64,000 nt of DNA from Thermoleophilia bacterium (GCA_020053595.1 JAGVMV010000046.1:197-64196), one strand, 5' to 3'. Shown: positions 38,683-49,138, numbered from the stretch's first letter. Notes: generated by a model from the letters alone, not told the origin. Numbers and translations: made by a program.

Positions 38683-39486
38683 TTATCCTTTGATTTCACC
38701 CGCATCGCCGGTGGAGCCACCTTCACCGGCGCGGGTGCTCCATTTCCTGGCGAAACGCTCACGGTTACGCCGGTTCAGCTCACTGGTGCTGACGGACTTG
38801 CCCAGGTAGTCGATGCGCATCTCACGGCAACTCACACCGGCATGGTTCACGTGGATGGCCTTGGCTTGCGGTACTACCAGGCAGCGGTAACCGAGTTCGC
38901 GGATACGGAAAGACAGGTCAACCTCTTCATAGCTGGCGGGTGAGAAACCCACATCGAAGCCGCCGGCCAGGTCGAAAACGCTACGCCTGAGCATGAATAG
39001 CCATCCGGAGACCTCATCCGCCTCTTCGATGTCATCAATCCCCACCCGCGGGCCCGGGAATCCGTTGGTCTGGAAGCGGCCCCCCTGGGGGCCGACGTTA
39101 CCTATGTCATCCGCCGACTCCAGGACGCGCTTAAGCTCCTCCAGGCACCCCCTTCCGAGTTGGACATCATCATTTATGAAACAGAGGAACTCCCCTTCCG
39201 CCAGCATGGCGCCCATGTTCCAGGAGCGAGAGACGCCGGGATTCACGCTGTTTAAACAGAAACGGTCGACTAATGGACTGCTGGAGACGAAAAGCGTCAG
39301 CTCAGAGTTTTCCGGCGCGTTGCAGATGACAACTACCTCATGTGGCAATTCGACGGTTTCCCTGATGTTGGTCAGCAGCTCACGGAGTCCGGGGACGGGC
39401 GTAAGCGGATGTTTCAGGCTGCGCTTCCGGTCCAGCGACAAGACCGGGATAATGATGCTGGTGAGTCCTTTTTCAAAAGTATTCAT
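38683..39486 (-). CDS. Family-2 glycosyltransferase
   Basis: SIIIPV, DDD/DxD (FINDDVQL) and GGF motifs. Confidence 0.78.
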   Translation of the reverse strand: MNTFEKGLTSIIIPVLSLDRKRSLKHPLTPVPGLRELLTNIRETVELPHEVVVICNAPENSELTLFVSSSPLVDRFCLNSVNPGVSRSWNMGAMLAEGEFLCFINDDVQLGRGCLEELKRVLESADDIGNVGPQGGRFQTNGFPGPRVGIDDIEEADEVSGWLFMLRRSVFDLAGGFDVGFSPASYEEVDLSFRIRELGYRCLVVPQAKAIHVNHAGVSCREMRIDYLGKSVSTSELNRRNRERFARKWSTRAGEGGSTGDAGEIKG

Positions 39487-39493
39487 AAACGAG

Positions 39494-40444
39494 TCATGAC
39501 GGTTTCTTCACGGTCAGTGAGATATGCATGGAGTCATCGAGCCGTGTGAACCACTGCTCCCAGGAGCGATGGTAAATACCGTACAAGACGCCCAGGGTAA
39601 GATTCCCGACCCGGGTGCGGCAAAGAACCCGGGCCAAACGGACTTTTCCGGCCAGGGCTCTTTGTCTCTGGGTGTATTCGTTGTCCAGGTACCACAGGTA
39701 ATACCAGGGGGGCAGGATACCGGAATCCATTTTGGTCACATCTTCCACGACAAAACCTTGGCGCTGGAAACGCTTGAGTATTACGCTCGGCAGTTCCAGA
39801 CCGTTGTGGCCTACGCGTTCCACGAAGTATTTCTGGTAGAGGTCCGGGTCTCGTTTCGCTCTTCTGACAAAAATATTTTCACTGTCAGTTTCGATGAAGT
39901 GGACGCTTTTACCCCCAGGTTTTAGCACGCGGTGAATCTCCGCCACCACCGCGTCCTTGTTGGCGGCGGGAACATGCCCGATGAGATGGGCGCTGACGAC
40001 GCAGTCGAAGCTGCCGGCGGCAAAAGGCAGACAGGCTACTGATCCCTGGACTGCAAAGTTGTAATGATGGGATGCCACCTGAGCGGCACTCAAAGTCAGA
40101 TCGATGCCGGTCACCGTGCGGCTTAAGCGGGCGTACGTATAACTGCCGGTCCAGCAGCCCAGGTCAAGCGAGTCGCCACCCCTGACCAGATGCCGTTGGG
40201 CGTAGACACGCTCCCGGTATGTCCAATACTTCAGGGCCGAGCCCAGGAAGCGATGGAACAAAGTCGGGGCACAGAACTCCTTATCCAGTTCCCAAATATC
40301 GTCGTAATTACGGTAAAGCGTGGCCTGCGGGTAGAAGACGGGCACCCCCTCTGCCACGGCGAAGACCGAACCGCAGGCGGGACACTCGAAACTGTCATGA
40401 CGCGCGGTCAGCGGTGTATGGCATGTGGTGCAAACCAGCTGCAC
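39494..40444 (-). CDS. SAM-dependent methyltransferase with N-terminal zinc-ribbon (Trm112-like)
   Basis: CTTCHTPL....FECPACGSVF followed by LDLGCWTGSY and LKPGG MTase motifs. Confidence 0.72.
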   Translation of the reverse strand: MQLVCTTCHTPLTARHDSFECPACGSVFAVAEGVPVFYPQATLYRNYDDIWELDKEFCAPTLFHRFLGSALKYWTYRERVYAQRHLVRGGDSLDLGCWTGSYTYARLSRTVTGIDLTLSAAQVASHHYNFAVQGSVACLPFAAGSFDCVVSAHLIGHVPAANKDAVVAEIHRVLKPGGKSVHFIETDSENIFVRRAKRDPDLYQKYFVERVGHNGLELPSVILKRFQRQGFVVEDVTKMDSGILPPWYYLWYLDNEYTQRQRALAGKVRLARVLCRTRVGNLTLGVLYGIYHRSWEQWFTRLDDSMHISLTVKKPS

Positions 40445-40521
40445 CGGGCATCCATCCAGCCTTGAGCTGGCGCGAACATCGACCTGGCTTTTGTCACAAA
40501 AAGTATTAATGGCTCAATCAG

Positions 40522-41733
40522 TCACAATTTGCCGTGTTCCAGCACGGCTTTCAGAGTGCCCGCGACCCGCCTGGCGTCGTCATCGCTCATCGCCGGATAG
40601 AGCGGCAGAGATAGCGTGCGCTCCGACATGGCCGTGGCCACCGGATAATCTTCCGGCCTCAAACCAAAACGGTCGCGGTAGTAAGGATGCAGGTGCAGGG
40701 CGCGGAAGTGCACGGAGACGCCGATGTTAAGCTGTTCCATCATAGCAGCTACTTCATCGCGGGTGACACCAAGCAAGCCTAGTTCGAGCCGAACGATGTA
40801 GAGATGGTGAGCGTGGTCCGTGTCATCGTCCGCCGGGGCCGGCAGGTCAAGCAGCGGGAAGTCAGCGAGTTCTTCGTCATAGGCCCTTGCCAGTCGCCGG
40901 CGGCTCTCTTGCATGGCATCGGCCCGCTTGAGCTGTTCGATGCCCAGCGCGGCCTGGAGATCGAACATGTTGTATTTGAATCCCGGTTCCATAACCTCGT
41001 AATAGCGGTGGCCGCGGCGGCCGTAGCGATTCCAGGCGTCAGCGCTCATCCCGTGCAGGCTGAGCACCCGCGCCCGACGCTCGAGCTCCGGGTCGTCGGT
41101 TGTCAACATACCGCCTTCCCCGGTTGTAATGTTCTTGGTCGCATAGAAGCTGAAAGCTGTAAGCGGAGAGATGGAGCCTACCATGCGGTCGCGGTATCGG
41201 GCGCCCAGTGCGTGTGCCGCGTCTTCGATGACAACGAGACCATGTTCTGCCGCCAGTCCGCCAATCGCCTCCATGTCACAGGGCCGCCCGCCGAAATGAA
41301 CCGGCATCAACGCCTTGGTACAGCCGGTCAAGGCTTTCTGTATAAGACCTGGATTAATATTCATAGTCTCAGGGTCAATGTCGGCGAAGACAGGCGTGGC
41401 ACCGGCGTGGATAACCGTATTGGCCGTAGCGGCAAAAGTAAAAGGCGTGGTGATGACCTCGTCGCCGGGGCCAACATCCGAAGTCAGCAGGGCCAGGTGC
41501 ATGGCCGCCGTACAGGAGTTGAGCGCTAAGGCGTACCGCGCCCCGGCGAACTCGGCGAACATGCTTTCAAACTCGGCCGTGCGTTGTCCCCTGGTGAGCC
41601 ACCGCGAACGCAGCACAGCCATCACGGCCCGCTCCTCCTCTTGCCCTAGAGATGGTTGATGGAAAGGCAGGTAATCCTTCTGCACCAGATCGACCGGCAG
41701 CTCTGGCGGCGATTTTCCGGTGACCCCGCTCAT
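40522..41733 (-). CDS. DegT/DnrJ/EryC1/StrS-family sugar aminotransferase (PglE/WecE-like)
   Basis: PLP-dependent fold; PVHFGG and FSFYATKNIT motifs. Confidence 0.88.
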   Translation of the reverse strand: MSGVTGKSPPELPVDLVQKDYLPFHQPSLGQEEERAVMAVLRSRWLTRGQRTAEFESMFAEFAGARYALALNSCTAAMHLALLTSDVGPGDEVITTPFTFAATANTVIHAGATPVFADIDPETMNINPGLIQKALTGCTKALMPVHFGGRPCDMEAIGGLAAEHGLVVIEDAAHALGARYRDRMVGSISPLTAFSFYATKNITTGEGGMLTTDDPELERRARVLSLHGMSADAWNRYGRRGHRYYEVMEPGFKYNMFDLQAALGIEQLKRADAMQESRRRLARAYDEELADFPLLDLPAPADDDTDHAHHLYIVRLELGLLGVTRDEVAAMMEQLNIGVSVHFRALHLHPYYRDRFGLRPEDYPVATAMSERTLSLPLYPAMSDDDARRVAGTLKAVLEHGKL

Positions 41734-43229
41734 GCCTGCTCCTTGCTCCCAATAGTATCCGTGTAGCCGGCGCCTCGGGTTTTTTCGTCATTGAGACTTT
41801 TGACCAGCCGTGGTATTACCATTGCCAATCCAACGAAATAGGCCCCTTCGAGAGTAGGTAGCCGGTTGCTCAGAGGCGACATGGCAATAACTACCACAAG
41901 TGCGATGCCAGTTCCCAGGAGAGCAATCTCGTAAACCCAATCGTGGGTACGGCGGTAGAGCTGGAAAGAATCTTTCAGTGTGACGGCGATAGCCAGATAG
42001 AACAGGATGAGGCCGGCGATACCGGATTTGAAAAATAGCCATGCCATGCCGTTGTGGCCTGTGTGGGTGGTGAAACCATTTCCAAACTCATCATTGAAGT
42101 CGATGCTGGCTCCAAACCCGTTACCTAGCAGCAGATGCTCGCGCGCCGCTTCCAGCATGCGGTCGGCTTCCCGGTGACGCATGTCTATATTCTGGGCGCC
42201 GGTGATGTCAGTAGGCACCAGGCGATCAGCCATCAGTCCACCGAAGTCCTTGATGCCGCCAGTGGAAAGCGGTGCGATCAGGACAATCACAATCACGGCC
42301 GTGGCGGAGAGGACAAGGCCGGCCCTAAGAGTCTGGCCTCCGCTTTTTAAAAGCCCCAGGCAGAGCGTCAGGAGCATCGAGGCGATGGCCGCTGCCCAAT
42401 GGGTGCGGGTCATGCTAAAGAGCAAACCCATGATCACAAAAGGCGAGGAAGCGAGCAGCCAGAATGATGTGCGGCAGCGGGGGGCGAAAAGCGCCACCGC
42501 GACCAGTATTGGCACCACTACTACGAACATAAGATCAGCACCGTTGAGCATCGTGCGCGAGCCGCCGATCGACCCGGCGTAAGGGGTGAGAGCCTGCCAG
42601 ATATATGATTCTCCACGGGGGTAATGGGTCACGAAGAAACTCACGATCGTGGACTTCACTCCGGCCAGCGTAACTACGATTCCAATCGTGCACAACATTA
42701 ACCACAGGTCACGCCGCCGGCGTATTTCCAGCGCCGCCCACACGAAGGCGAGAGGCAGGAACGACATCGTGTGTAGCTCGTTACGAAGCAGCTCCGGAGA
42801 ATTCCCGTGGTAGATGCCAGTGGCCACCATGAGCCCGACCCACGCCACAATCAGTATAAACGCCGCTTTGGGATAAGTCAGAGCCTGGTGGCGGCGGGCG
42901 GCCCGGAGTAGTGCAAACGCCAGTGCCGGGAGCAGCATTACGTCGATGAAGTTGATTTGCGCGCCAAGGATGGTGACGCCGGAAAAAATACCGGCGCCGA
43001 GCAGTGAAAAGACAGCCACTGGTGAAGCAACGCCCAGCCATGGGAAACGTCCCGAGAAGAAGCCCACCACCGATCCCAACAGGAGCGCCAGTACGCACAT
43101 GGCAGGCAGGAGGCTGGCAGAGATGGCCACCAGTACGGCCGCTGCTACGAGCATGGCCGCCAGGTTGAGCCGGGCAGGTTTCCGTAACAATCCCTGTCTA
43201 AAGAAGAGGGTTTTGGTGAAAGCGGGCAT
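41730..43229 (-). CDS. Wzy_C / O-antigen ligase-family polytopic membrane protein (paralogue 1)
   Basis: Ten or more TM helices. Shares RNELHTM, GGSRT and LLLG.GFG motifs with the adjacent paralogue. Likely start at 43229, 1 nt from the upstream stop. Confidence 0.68.
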   Translation of the reverse strand: MPAFTKTLFFRQGLLRKPARLNLAAMLVAAAVLVAISASLLPAMCVLALLLGSVVGFFSGRFPWLGVASPVAVFSLLGAGIFSGVTILGAQINFIDVMLLPALAFALLRAARRHQALTYPKAAFILIVAWVGLMVATGIYHGNSPELLRNELHTMSFLPLAFVWAALEIRRRRDLWLMLCTIGIVVTLAGVKSTIVSFFVTHYPRGESYIWQALTPYAGSIGGSRTMLNGADLMFVVVVPILVAVALFAPRCRTSFWLLASSPFVIMGLLFSMTRTHWAAAIASMLLTLCLGLLKSGGQTLRAGLVLSATAVIVIVLIAPLSTGGIKDFGGLMADRLVPTDITGAQNIDMRHREADRMLEAAREHLLLGNGFGASIDFNDEFGNGFTTHTGHNGMAWLFFKSGIAGLILFYLAIAVTLKDSFQLYRRTHDWVYEIALLGTGIALVVVIAMSPLSNRLPTLEGAYFVGLAMVIPRLVKSLNDEKTRGAGYTDTIGSKEQA

Positions 43230-43230
43230 A

Positions 43231-44703
43231 TCAGCCGTCCACCTGTTCAGTCTGGGCTGATCCTTCCGGTTCGATCTTCCCGAGCAGCATCGGCACGGCC
43301 AGGGCAAGGCCCAGGAAATAAGCGCCTTCGGGATTGACGAAACGATTGACCAATACGGACATGGACACCAAAGCCAAGAGCGCGACAGACATGCCTATAG
43401 CGGCGATTTTCAGCCAATCATCGCTGAGGGTCCGGGCAATAGCCAGAGAACGGCGCACAGAGATCGCGATAGCCAGGCAGAACATCGTCAACCCGAGCAA
43501 ACCGGCCTTGAGGATGAGCCAAAGATAGCCGTTATGGCTCCAGTTGGTGATCACTCTCCCGAGGTAGTCCACATAGGAATATCTGGAGCCGAAACCGCTG
43601 CCGATGAAAATGTGTTCCCGCGCCGTGTCCAGCAAGGCTTCTCCTTCCATGATGCGGTAATCAAGGGTGCCACTGCCCACATTGGGGTCGAAAGCCATGC
43701 GCCGCTGCATCAGCTCCGCCAGGTTATAGTTGGAAGCCACCGGCGAAAAGGAAGAGAATACCAAAATGGCCGCCGCGGCAATGATGGTGACAGAAAGGGC
43801 GATCCCTGCGGCCTGCAACCTGGCTTTACGTGCGCCGAGTGCCAGCACCAGAAGCAGCGACGCGATGGCAACCGCCAAGTTGGTGCGGGTAAGACCAAGG
43901 AGCAACCCCGCTAATACGGGCAGAGCGGCGAGGATGAGGAGCGGATAGTTGCGCCGCCTGTTCAGGTAAAGAGCCATCGCAGCCAACAGCGGCGTCACCA
44001 ATACGAATAATGTGTCGGCGCCACCCAGGATAGTGCGGCTGCCTCCCAACTGTTCGCTGGTTATGTCCTGGATCTGCCACATATAATTGAAACTGGTAAT
44101 ATGACTGCCCAAAATGTTGGCTGCCACCGATTTCAGTCCTGCCGCTGCCGTCGCGGTGATAAAGACTATGATGAAAAGGCGGACATCGTTCCGGGAGCGT
44201 AACTCGGCCATGGCCCAGAAATACGCCACGGGGATGTAGAGCATGGTGTGAAGCTCGTTGCGAATAATAGCGGCATCGTTAACGAAGTAAATCCCGGTGA
44301 GAGTCGCCATGATGATCATGAAGCCCAACAAGGTGACGGATATATCCGGGCGTGACAGACGTCGGCGGCCAGAGAGCACCCGGAAAGCGGTAGGCGCCAA
44401 CGCGGGGATAATAAGCATATCCGCCAGATTGAGCCGGGCGTCGCCCAGTGTTATACCGCCGTATAGCCCGATTCCGATCAGGGCGAAAATGACCAGGGGA
44501 AATGCCACACTCAAAGCGGGAAAGCGGGCGGCAATAAAAGCGATGACCAGCGATATCACCGTCACTTCAACCATCAGCTGGCTTGTTTGCCCCACGGCAA
44601 ACAACAAACCGATGAAGGCGAATAGAAATAACAGGGCCAGCGCCCGCAGCAGCGGGCGTGTTCCTCCGAACTGCAATTGAAGTGTCTGGCTCAACTCCGT
44701 CAA
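43231..44703 (-). CDS. Wzy_C / O-antigen ligase-family polytopic membrane protein (paralogue 2)
   Basis: Same architecture and motifs as 41730..43229 (tandem paralogues). Confidence 0.68.
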   Translation of the reverse strand: MTELSQTLQLQFGGTRPLLRALALLFLFAFIGLLFAVGQTSQLMVEVTVISLVIAFIAARFPALSVAFPLVIFALIGIGLYGGITLGDARLNLADMLIIPALAPTAFRVLSGRRRLSRPDISVTLLGFMIIMATLTGIYFVNDAAIIRNELHTMLYIPVAYFWAMAELRSRNDVRLFIIVFITATAAAGLKSVAANILGSHITSFNYMWQIQDITSEQLGGSRTILGGADTLFVLVTPLLAAMALYLNRRRNYPLLILAALPVLAGLLLGLTRTNLAVAIASLLLVLALGARKARLQAAGIALSVTIIAAAAILVFSSFSPVASNYNLAELMQRRMAFDPNVGSGTLDYRIMEGEALLDTAREHIFIGSGFGSRYSYVDYLGRVITNWSHNGYLWLILKAGLLGLTMFCLAIAISVRRSLAIARTLSDDWLKIAAIGMSVALLALVSMSVLVNRFVNPEGAYFLGLALAVPMLLGKIEPEGSAQTEQVDG

Positions 44704-44743
44704 GGTGCAACCTTTGTTTCTGTCATGTTCTTGTCCAGGAGGA

Positions 44744-45871
44744 TCAGGCCAGGGGGCCTGTCGCGCTTACAGCCGAAGCCTCTTTGATGGCCGTCGCTAC
44801 GTAACGTATCTCCTGCTCCTCCAGCTCCGGCCCGATGGGCAACGATAGCACCTCGCGGCAGGCAGTTTCCGCAGTGGGAAAAAATCCCGCCCCATATCCC
44901 AAATTGGCGAAGGCCGGCTGAAGGTGCAGGGGCTCAGGGTAATAGACCGCGCAACCTATACCTGCGGCCTTAAGCGACTCAATAACCGCTTCTCGTTGTT
45001 GCAGGCGCAGGGTGAACTGATGATACACATGATAGTTCCCCGGCGCCTCCACTGGCAGCTTTAACCCCGGTACGCCGTCCAGCAGCGTGGAGTAAAGACC
45101 GGCATAGCGGCGCCTGGCCTCATTCCACTGATCCAGGTATGGGAGCTTCACCCTGAGCAGGGCCGCCTGCAGCTCGTCCAGCCTGCTGTTGATCCCGATC
45201 TCCGTGAAAAAATACTTGCGGGCGCTGCCATGAGCCCTAAGTTGTCGCACCCGGGCGGCGAACTCCTCATCACGGGTTAGCACCATGCCGCCATCACCCA
45301 AGCAGCCCAGGTTCTTGCTGGGAAAGAAACTGAGGGCAGCGGTATCGCCAATGGAGCCGGTTTTGGACCCGCCGCAAACGGCGCCTAAAGCCTGGGCGTT
45401 ATCCTCGATGACGGGCACATGGTGATTTTTCGCTATCGCCATGATGGCTTTCATGTCCGCCGCCTGGCCATAAAGATGGACCGGGATGATGGCGCGGGTG
45501 CGAGCGGTCACCGCCGCTTCCACCAACGCCGGATCGATATTGAAAGTTTCAGGCTCTATGTCAACAAAAACCGGACGGCCTCCCGCCTGGATGATGACGT
45601 CCACGGTGGCGACAAAGGTGAAAGGCGTCGTTATGACCTCATCGCCCGGCTTTATATCGAGCGCACGCAGGCTGAGGTAGAGGGCGTCGGTCCCTGAGGC
45701 CACTCCCACGGCATATGGCACATCGCAGTAAGCGGCGACTTCGGCTTCCAGGGCGCTGACGTTCTCGCCCAGGATATAACGGCCGCTGGCGATCACGCGG
45801 GAGCAGGCCTCGCCCAGCTCATCCGTCAGCGCGCGGTGCAGCCGTTCCAGGTCGAGCAGGGGCACGTTCAT
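44744..45871 (-). CDS. DegT-family aminotransferase, UDP-2-acetamido-3-oxo-glucuronate aminotransferase-like (WbpE-like)
   Basis: PVHLYG, DNAQALG and SFFPSKNLG motifs. Confidence 0.85.
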   Translation of the reverse strand: MNVPLLDLERLHRALTDELGEACSRVIASGRYILGENVSALEAEVAAYCDVPYAVGVASGTDALYLSLRALDIKPGDEVITTPFTFVATVDVIIQAGGRPVFVDIEPETFNIDPALVEAAVTARTRAIIPVHLYGQAADMKAIMAIAKNHHVPVIEDNAQALGAVCGGSKTGSIGDTAALSFFPSKNLGCLGDGGMVLTRDEEFAARVRQLRAHGSARKYFFTEIGINSRLDELQAALLRVKLPYLDQWNEARRRYAGLYSTLLDGVPGLKLPVEAPGNYHVYHQFTLRLQQREAVIESLKAAGIGCAVYYPEPLHLQPAFANLGYGAGFFPTAETACREVLSLPIGPELEEQEIRYVATAIKEASAVSATGPLA

Positions 45872-46659
45872 CGTCCCGCCCGCCTTTTGACCTCGTCCAC
45901 GTGTAGTTCGAGGAGCTGCTCAGGTGGTACGTCCCTCACCGGCCGGGCCGGCACTCCCATGACAACACAGCCTTCCGGCACATCACGGGTAACGACAGCG
46001 CCAGCGGCCACTACCGCGTCACGCCCCACGATAACTCCGGGCAGCAGGGTGGCCCCCGCGCCCACGCGCCCGCCTTCCCTGATAGTAGGTCCACGCATCC
46101 GGTCAAAACGCTCGGCGGTCCGGCCCAGGAAATTGTCGTTGCTGGTCACGGCGCCGGGACCGACGAAAACATAGTCTTCCAGGATGGAAAGTGCGGTGAT
46201 ATAGGCGCCTGTCTCCAGCTTGCAGAAACGGCCCACGCTGGTACCGTTCTCAATGCAGACACCCCGGCCGACGATGGAGTTATCTCCCACCGATACGTCT
46301 TCCCTCACGGTAGCCTGGTCTGCCACGAGCACCTGATCGCCCAGGAAAGCACCGCGGTAGACGACGGCCGCGGTACCGATGAGGCAGCCCTTGCCGATTC
46401 GTGCCGGCGCGAGTTCCCTCTCCTGGCTGAAAGCACTGATAGTGGAGCGGAGCGGCGCTTTGCCTATCACCGCGTAATCGTCTACACGGCAGCCGGCCCC
46501 GAGTGCGGTTCCAGCGCCGATGACGGCCCCACTGCCCAGTTGGCAGCTGTCACCAATGACGGCGTCCGCATGAACCTGGCAGCCTGGCGCGAGCACACAA
46601 CCCTTCCCCAGCCGGGCACTGGAATCGATCCAGACACCTGGTTCACGGTTGACCAGCAA
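45868..46659 (-). CDS. Left-handed beta-helix (hexapeptide) N-acetyltransferase (WbpD-like)
   Basis: Repeated [LIV]G..........G hexapeptides. 4-nt overlap with the aminotransferase. Confidence 0.78.
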   Translation of the reverse strand: MLVNREPGVWIDSSARLGKGCVLAPGCQVHADAVIGDSCQLGSGAVIGAGTALGAGCRVDDYAVIGKAPLRSTISAFSQERELAPARIGKGCLIGTAAVVYRGAFLGDQVLVADQATVREDVSVGDNSIVGRGVCIENGTSVGRFCKLETGAYITALSILEDYVFVGPGAVTSNDNFLGRTAERFDRMRGPTIREGGRVGAGATLLPGVIVGRDAVVAAGAVVTRDVPEGCVVMGVPARPVRDVPPEQLLELHVDEVKRRAGR

Positions 46660-46712
46660 TGTTCTCCTCCCTTAATGAGCAAAGCGGCTCCAGGCCGCCC
46701 GCCAAAGCGAAA

Positions 46713-47732
46713 CTAGATCGTACCCGCGGGGTGCCTCACAACTACCGGCATGCCACCACCGTTCAGAGATTCCTGAGCCGCTTCCAGCACCTGAAGAACC
46801 CGGACCCCGCTTTCGCCATCCGTGGCGGGCCGGCTGCGGGTAGCCACACACTCCAGAAAATGGCTGCACTCAACCGCTAACGGTTCGGCCGGCTCGAAAG
46901 TTATGACCTCATATCCGTTGCTTCTGATTGCCAGGCTCGATTTTGACTCGACGCCCTTGTCATACAGGCGTATCTTTTCCTCACTTTCCAGATCGTTGAA
47001 GACCAGCATGCGCCGGCTGCCGATGACGACCAGCCGGTGCTCCTTGAATGGGTGCAGCCAGCTCACGTAGATATGACCCCGCACGCCACCGGGAAAAGCC
47101 AGGCTGGAGATAGTGGTGTCGCTGATCCCGGGTTGCAGATAATTGCCGCCGGTGGCGACCACTTGTTCCGGCATACCGGCCAAGTCGATCATCACGGAAG
47201 CGTCATGCGGGGCGAAGCTCCAAAGAACGTTCTCTTCACGGCGCACCCGACCCAGGTTGAGCCTGTGGGAAGACATGTAGTAAAGCTCTCCCAGGGCGCC
47301 GGACGCCACCAGTTCGCGTATCTTCGCCACTGCGGGATGATAATGAAGCAGGTGTCCAACCATGAGCACGCGGTCCAACTCTACTGCCAGGGATACAAGT
47401 TCTTCCGCTTCTTCCGCGTGAAGGGCCATGGGTTTCTCCACGAACACGTCTTTACCGGAAAGCAGCGCCAACCGGGCCAGCTTGTGGTGCGTCTCCGCGG
47501 GGGTGGCTAGGACCACGGCGTCGACCTGGGGGTCGTCCAAAATATCCGCCAGCCTGGCCGTTAGCCTCACTTCTGGATAGGAAGCGCCGAACCCCGCGAG
47601 CGTTTCCGGCTCGGTATCACAGATAGTATGAAGCGCCCCAAGTTGCGCGAAATTGCGCACCAGGTTCTTGCCCCAGAAACCGGAGCCGGCCACTGCCACG
47701 GTGATACCGTTACTACCCTTGCCGGCGATCAA
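46713..47732 (-). CDS. Gfo/Idh/MocA-family oxidoreductase (WbpB-like UDP-GlcNAcA 3-dehydrogenase)
   Basis: AVAGSGFWG Rossmann N-terminus and EKP motif. Confidence 0.78.
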   Translation of the reverse strand: MIAGKGSNGITVAVAGSGFWGKNLVRNFAQLGALHTICDTEPETLAGFGASYPEVRLTARLADILDDPQVDAVVLATPAETHHKLARLALLSGKDVFVEKPMALHAEEAEELVSLAVELDRVLMVGHLLHYHPAVAKIRELVASGALGELYYMSSHRLNLGRVRREENVLWSFAPHDASVMIDLAGMPEQVVATGGNYLQPGISDTTISSLAFPGGVRGHIYVSWLHPFKEHRLVVIGSRRMLVFNDLESEEKIRLYDKGVESKSSLAIRSNGYEVITFEPAEPLAVECSHFLECVATRSRPATDGESGVRVLQVLEAAQESLNGGGMPVVVRHPAGTI

Positions 47733-49081
47733 ATCGAATACACCTTTCCTCCAGATACCGGAACTATATTGCGGGTATCAACCACCAGCCGCGCATCGCG
47801 CCCTACCGCTGCCCAATCGATGGCGCTGTGGGGTGTCAGAACCACTACACAATCGGCTGCCGCCAGCGCCGCCCCATCCAACGGCATGCTGCGGAAAAGC
47901 TGCTCGCCCACCGAGAAAGCAGGCACATGCGGGTCGTGGTAACTCACCCGCGCCCCGTTCTCCATCAGCAGCTCCACAATCTTGATGGCCGGTGACTCGC
48001 GCAGGTCGGAGACATCCGCCTTATATGCTGCGCCCAGCAGCATAACCGACGCGCCCTTCAGACACTGCGATCGTTCGTTAAGCACAGTGATTACCCGTTC
48101 CACGACGTAATGAGGCATGCGCGTGTTGATCTTGCCCGCCAGCTCGATAAACTCCGTGCTCATGCCGAGTTCGCGGGCCTTGTAGGAGAGATAGAAGGGG
48201 TCGATGGGAATGCAGTGACCGCCCATGCCGGGTCCCGGATAAAAGGGCGTGAAACCGAAAGGCTTGGTCGCGGCCGCGTCAACCACCTCCCAGACGTTGA
48301 TATCCATGGCATTGCAGATCATCGCCAGTTCGTTCACCAGGGCGATGTTGACAGAACGGTATACATTCTCCAGTAGCTTGGCCATCTCTGCTGCTTCCGG
48401 ACTGGACAAAGACACTATTGTCTCGATGAACTGCCCGTAAAAGAGCGATGCCATCCCCGTGCAATCCGCCGTGACGCCGCCGACCAGTTTTGGAGTCCGG
48501 GAGAGGCTATAGCCGCTGCCGGGGTTGACCCGCTCCGGGGAGAAGGCCAGCCAGAAATCGCTGCCCGCGCTGAGCCCGCCCTGCTCCAGCACCGGTAGCA
48601 ACTCCTCGCGGGTGCACCCCGGGTAGGTGGTGCTTTCCAAGATCACCAGCATACCCGGTTTCAAGCATTCCCGGACCAGCCGGGTGGCTTCACGGATGTA
48701 TGACATGTCGGGAGTCTGGCTCTGGGTAAGCGGGGTGGGAACGCTGATGATGATAATATCTGCTTCGTCGAGCAGGGAAGGGTTGGACCCCGGGTTGAAG
48801 ATCCCCTTGGCCATCAGGTCCTCGAGCCGCGAGTCGGCGACGTCGGAAATGTAGCTCCGGCCGGCCCGCAGACTGCTGATTTTGCGAGGGTCCACATCGA
48901 AACCCATCACCGGGAAACCGGATTCGGCCGCATGCACACAGAGCGGCAGACCCACGTAGCCAAGTCCGATAACTCCCACACTGGCCTGTCTCGAGCGGAC
49001 TTTTTCTTCCAACTGAGACCGGTGCTGGGAAAGGTTGGCTGTTATGAAAGAGTCCTCGTGTGAAAAATCGGTCCTGTTCAA
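47729..49081 (-). CDS. UDP-N-acetyl-D-glucosamine 6-dehydrogenase family (WbpA/WecC/TviB-like)
   Basis: VGVIGLGYVGLP and GGHCIP motifs of nucleotide-sugar dehydrogenases. Confidence 0.85.
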   Translation of the reverse strand: MNRTDFSHEDSFITANLSQHRSQLEEKVRSRQASVGVIGLGYVGLPLCVHAAESGFPVMGFDVDPRKISSLRAGRSYISDVADSRLEDLMAKGIFNPGSNPSLLDEADIIIISVPTPLTQSQTPDMSYIREATRLVRECLKPGMLVILESTTYPGCTREELLPVLEQGGLSAGSDFWLAFSPERVNPGSGYSLSRTPKLVGGVTADCTGMASLFYGQFIETIVSLSSPEAAEMAKLLENVYRSVNIALVNELAMICNAMDINVWEVVDAAATKPFGFTPFYPGPGMGGHCIPIDPFYLSYKARELGMSTEFIELAGKINTRMPHYVVERVITVLNERSQCLKGASVMLLGAAYKADVSDLRESPAIKIVELLMENGARVSYHDPHVPAFSVGEQLFRSMPLDGAALAAADCVVVLTPHSAIDWAAVGRDARLVVDTRNIVPVSGGKVYSI

Positions 49082-49138
49082 GTGGTGCTCCCTTATACTG
49101 GTGGAAACCGGCCCCGCTTACGGCTACTTACCGCCCGC

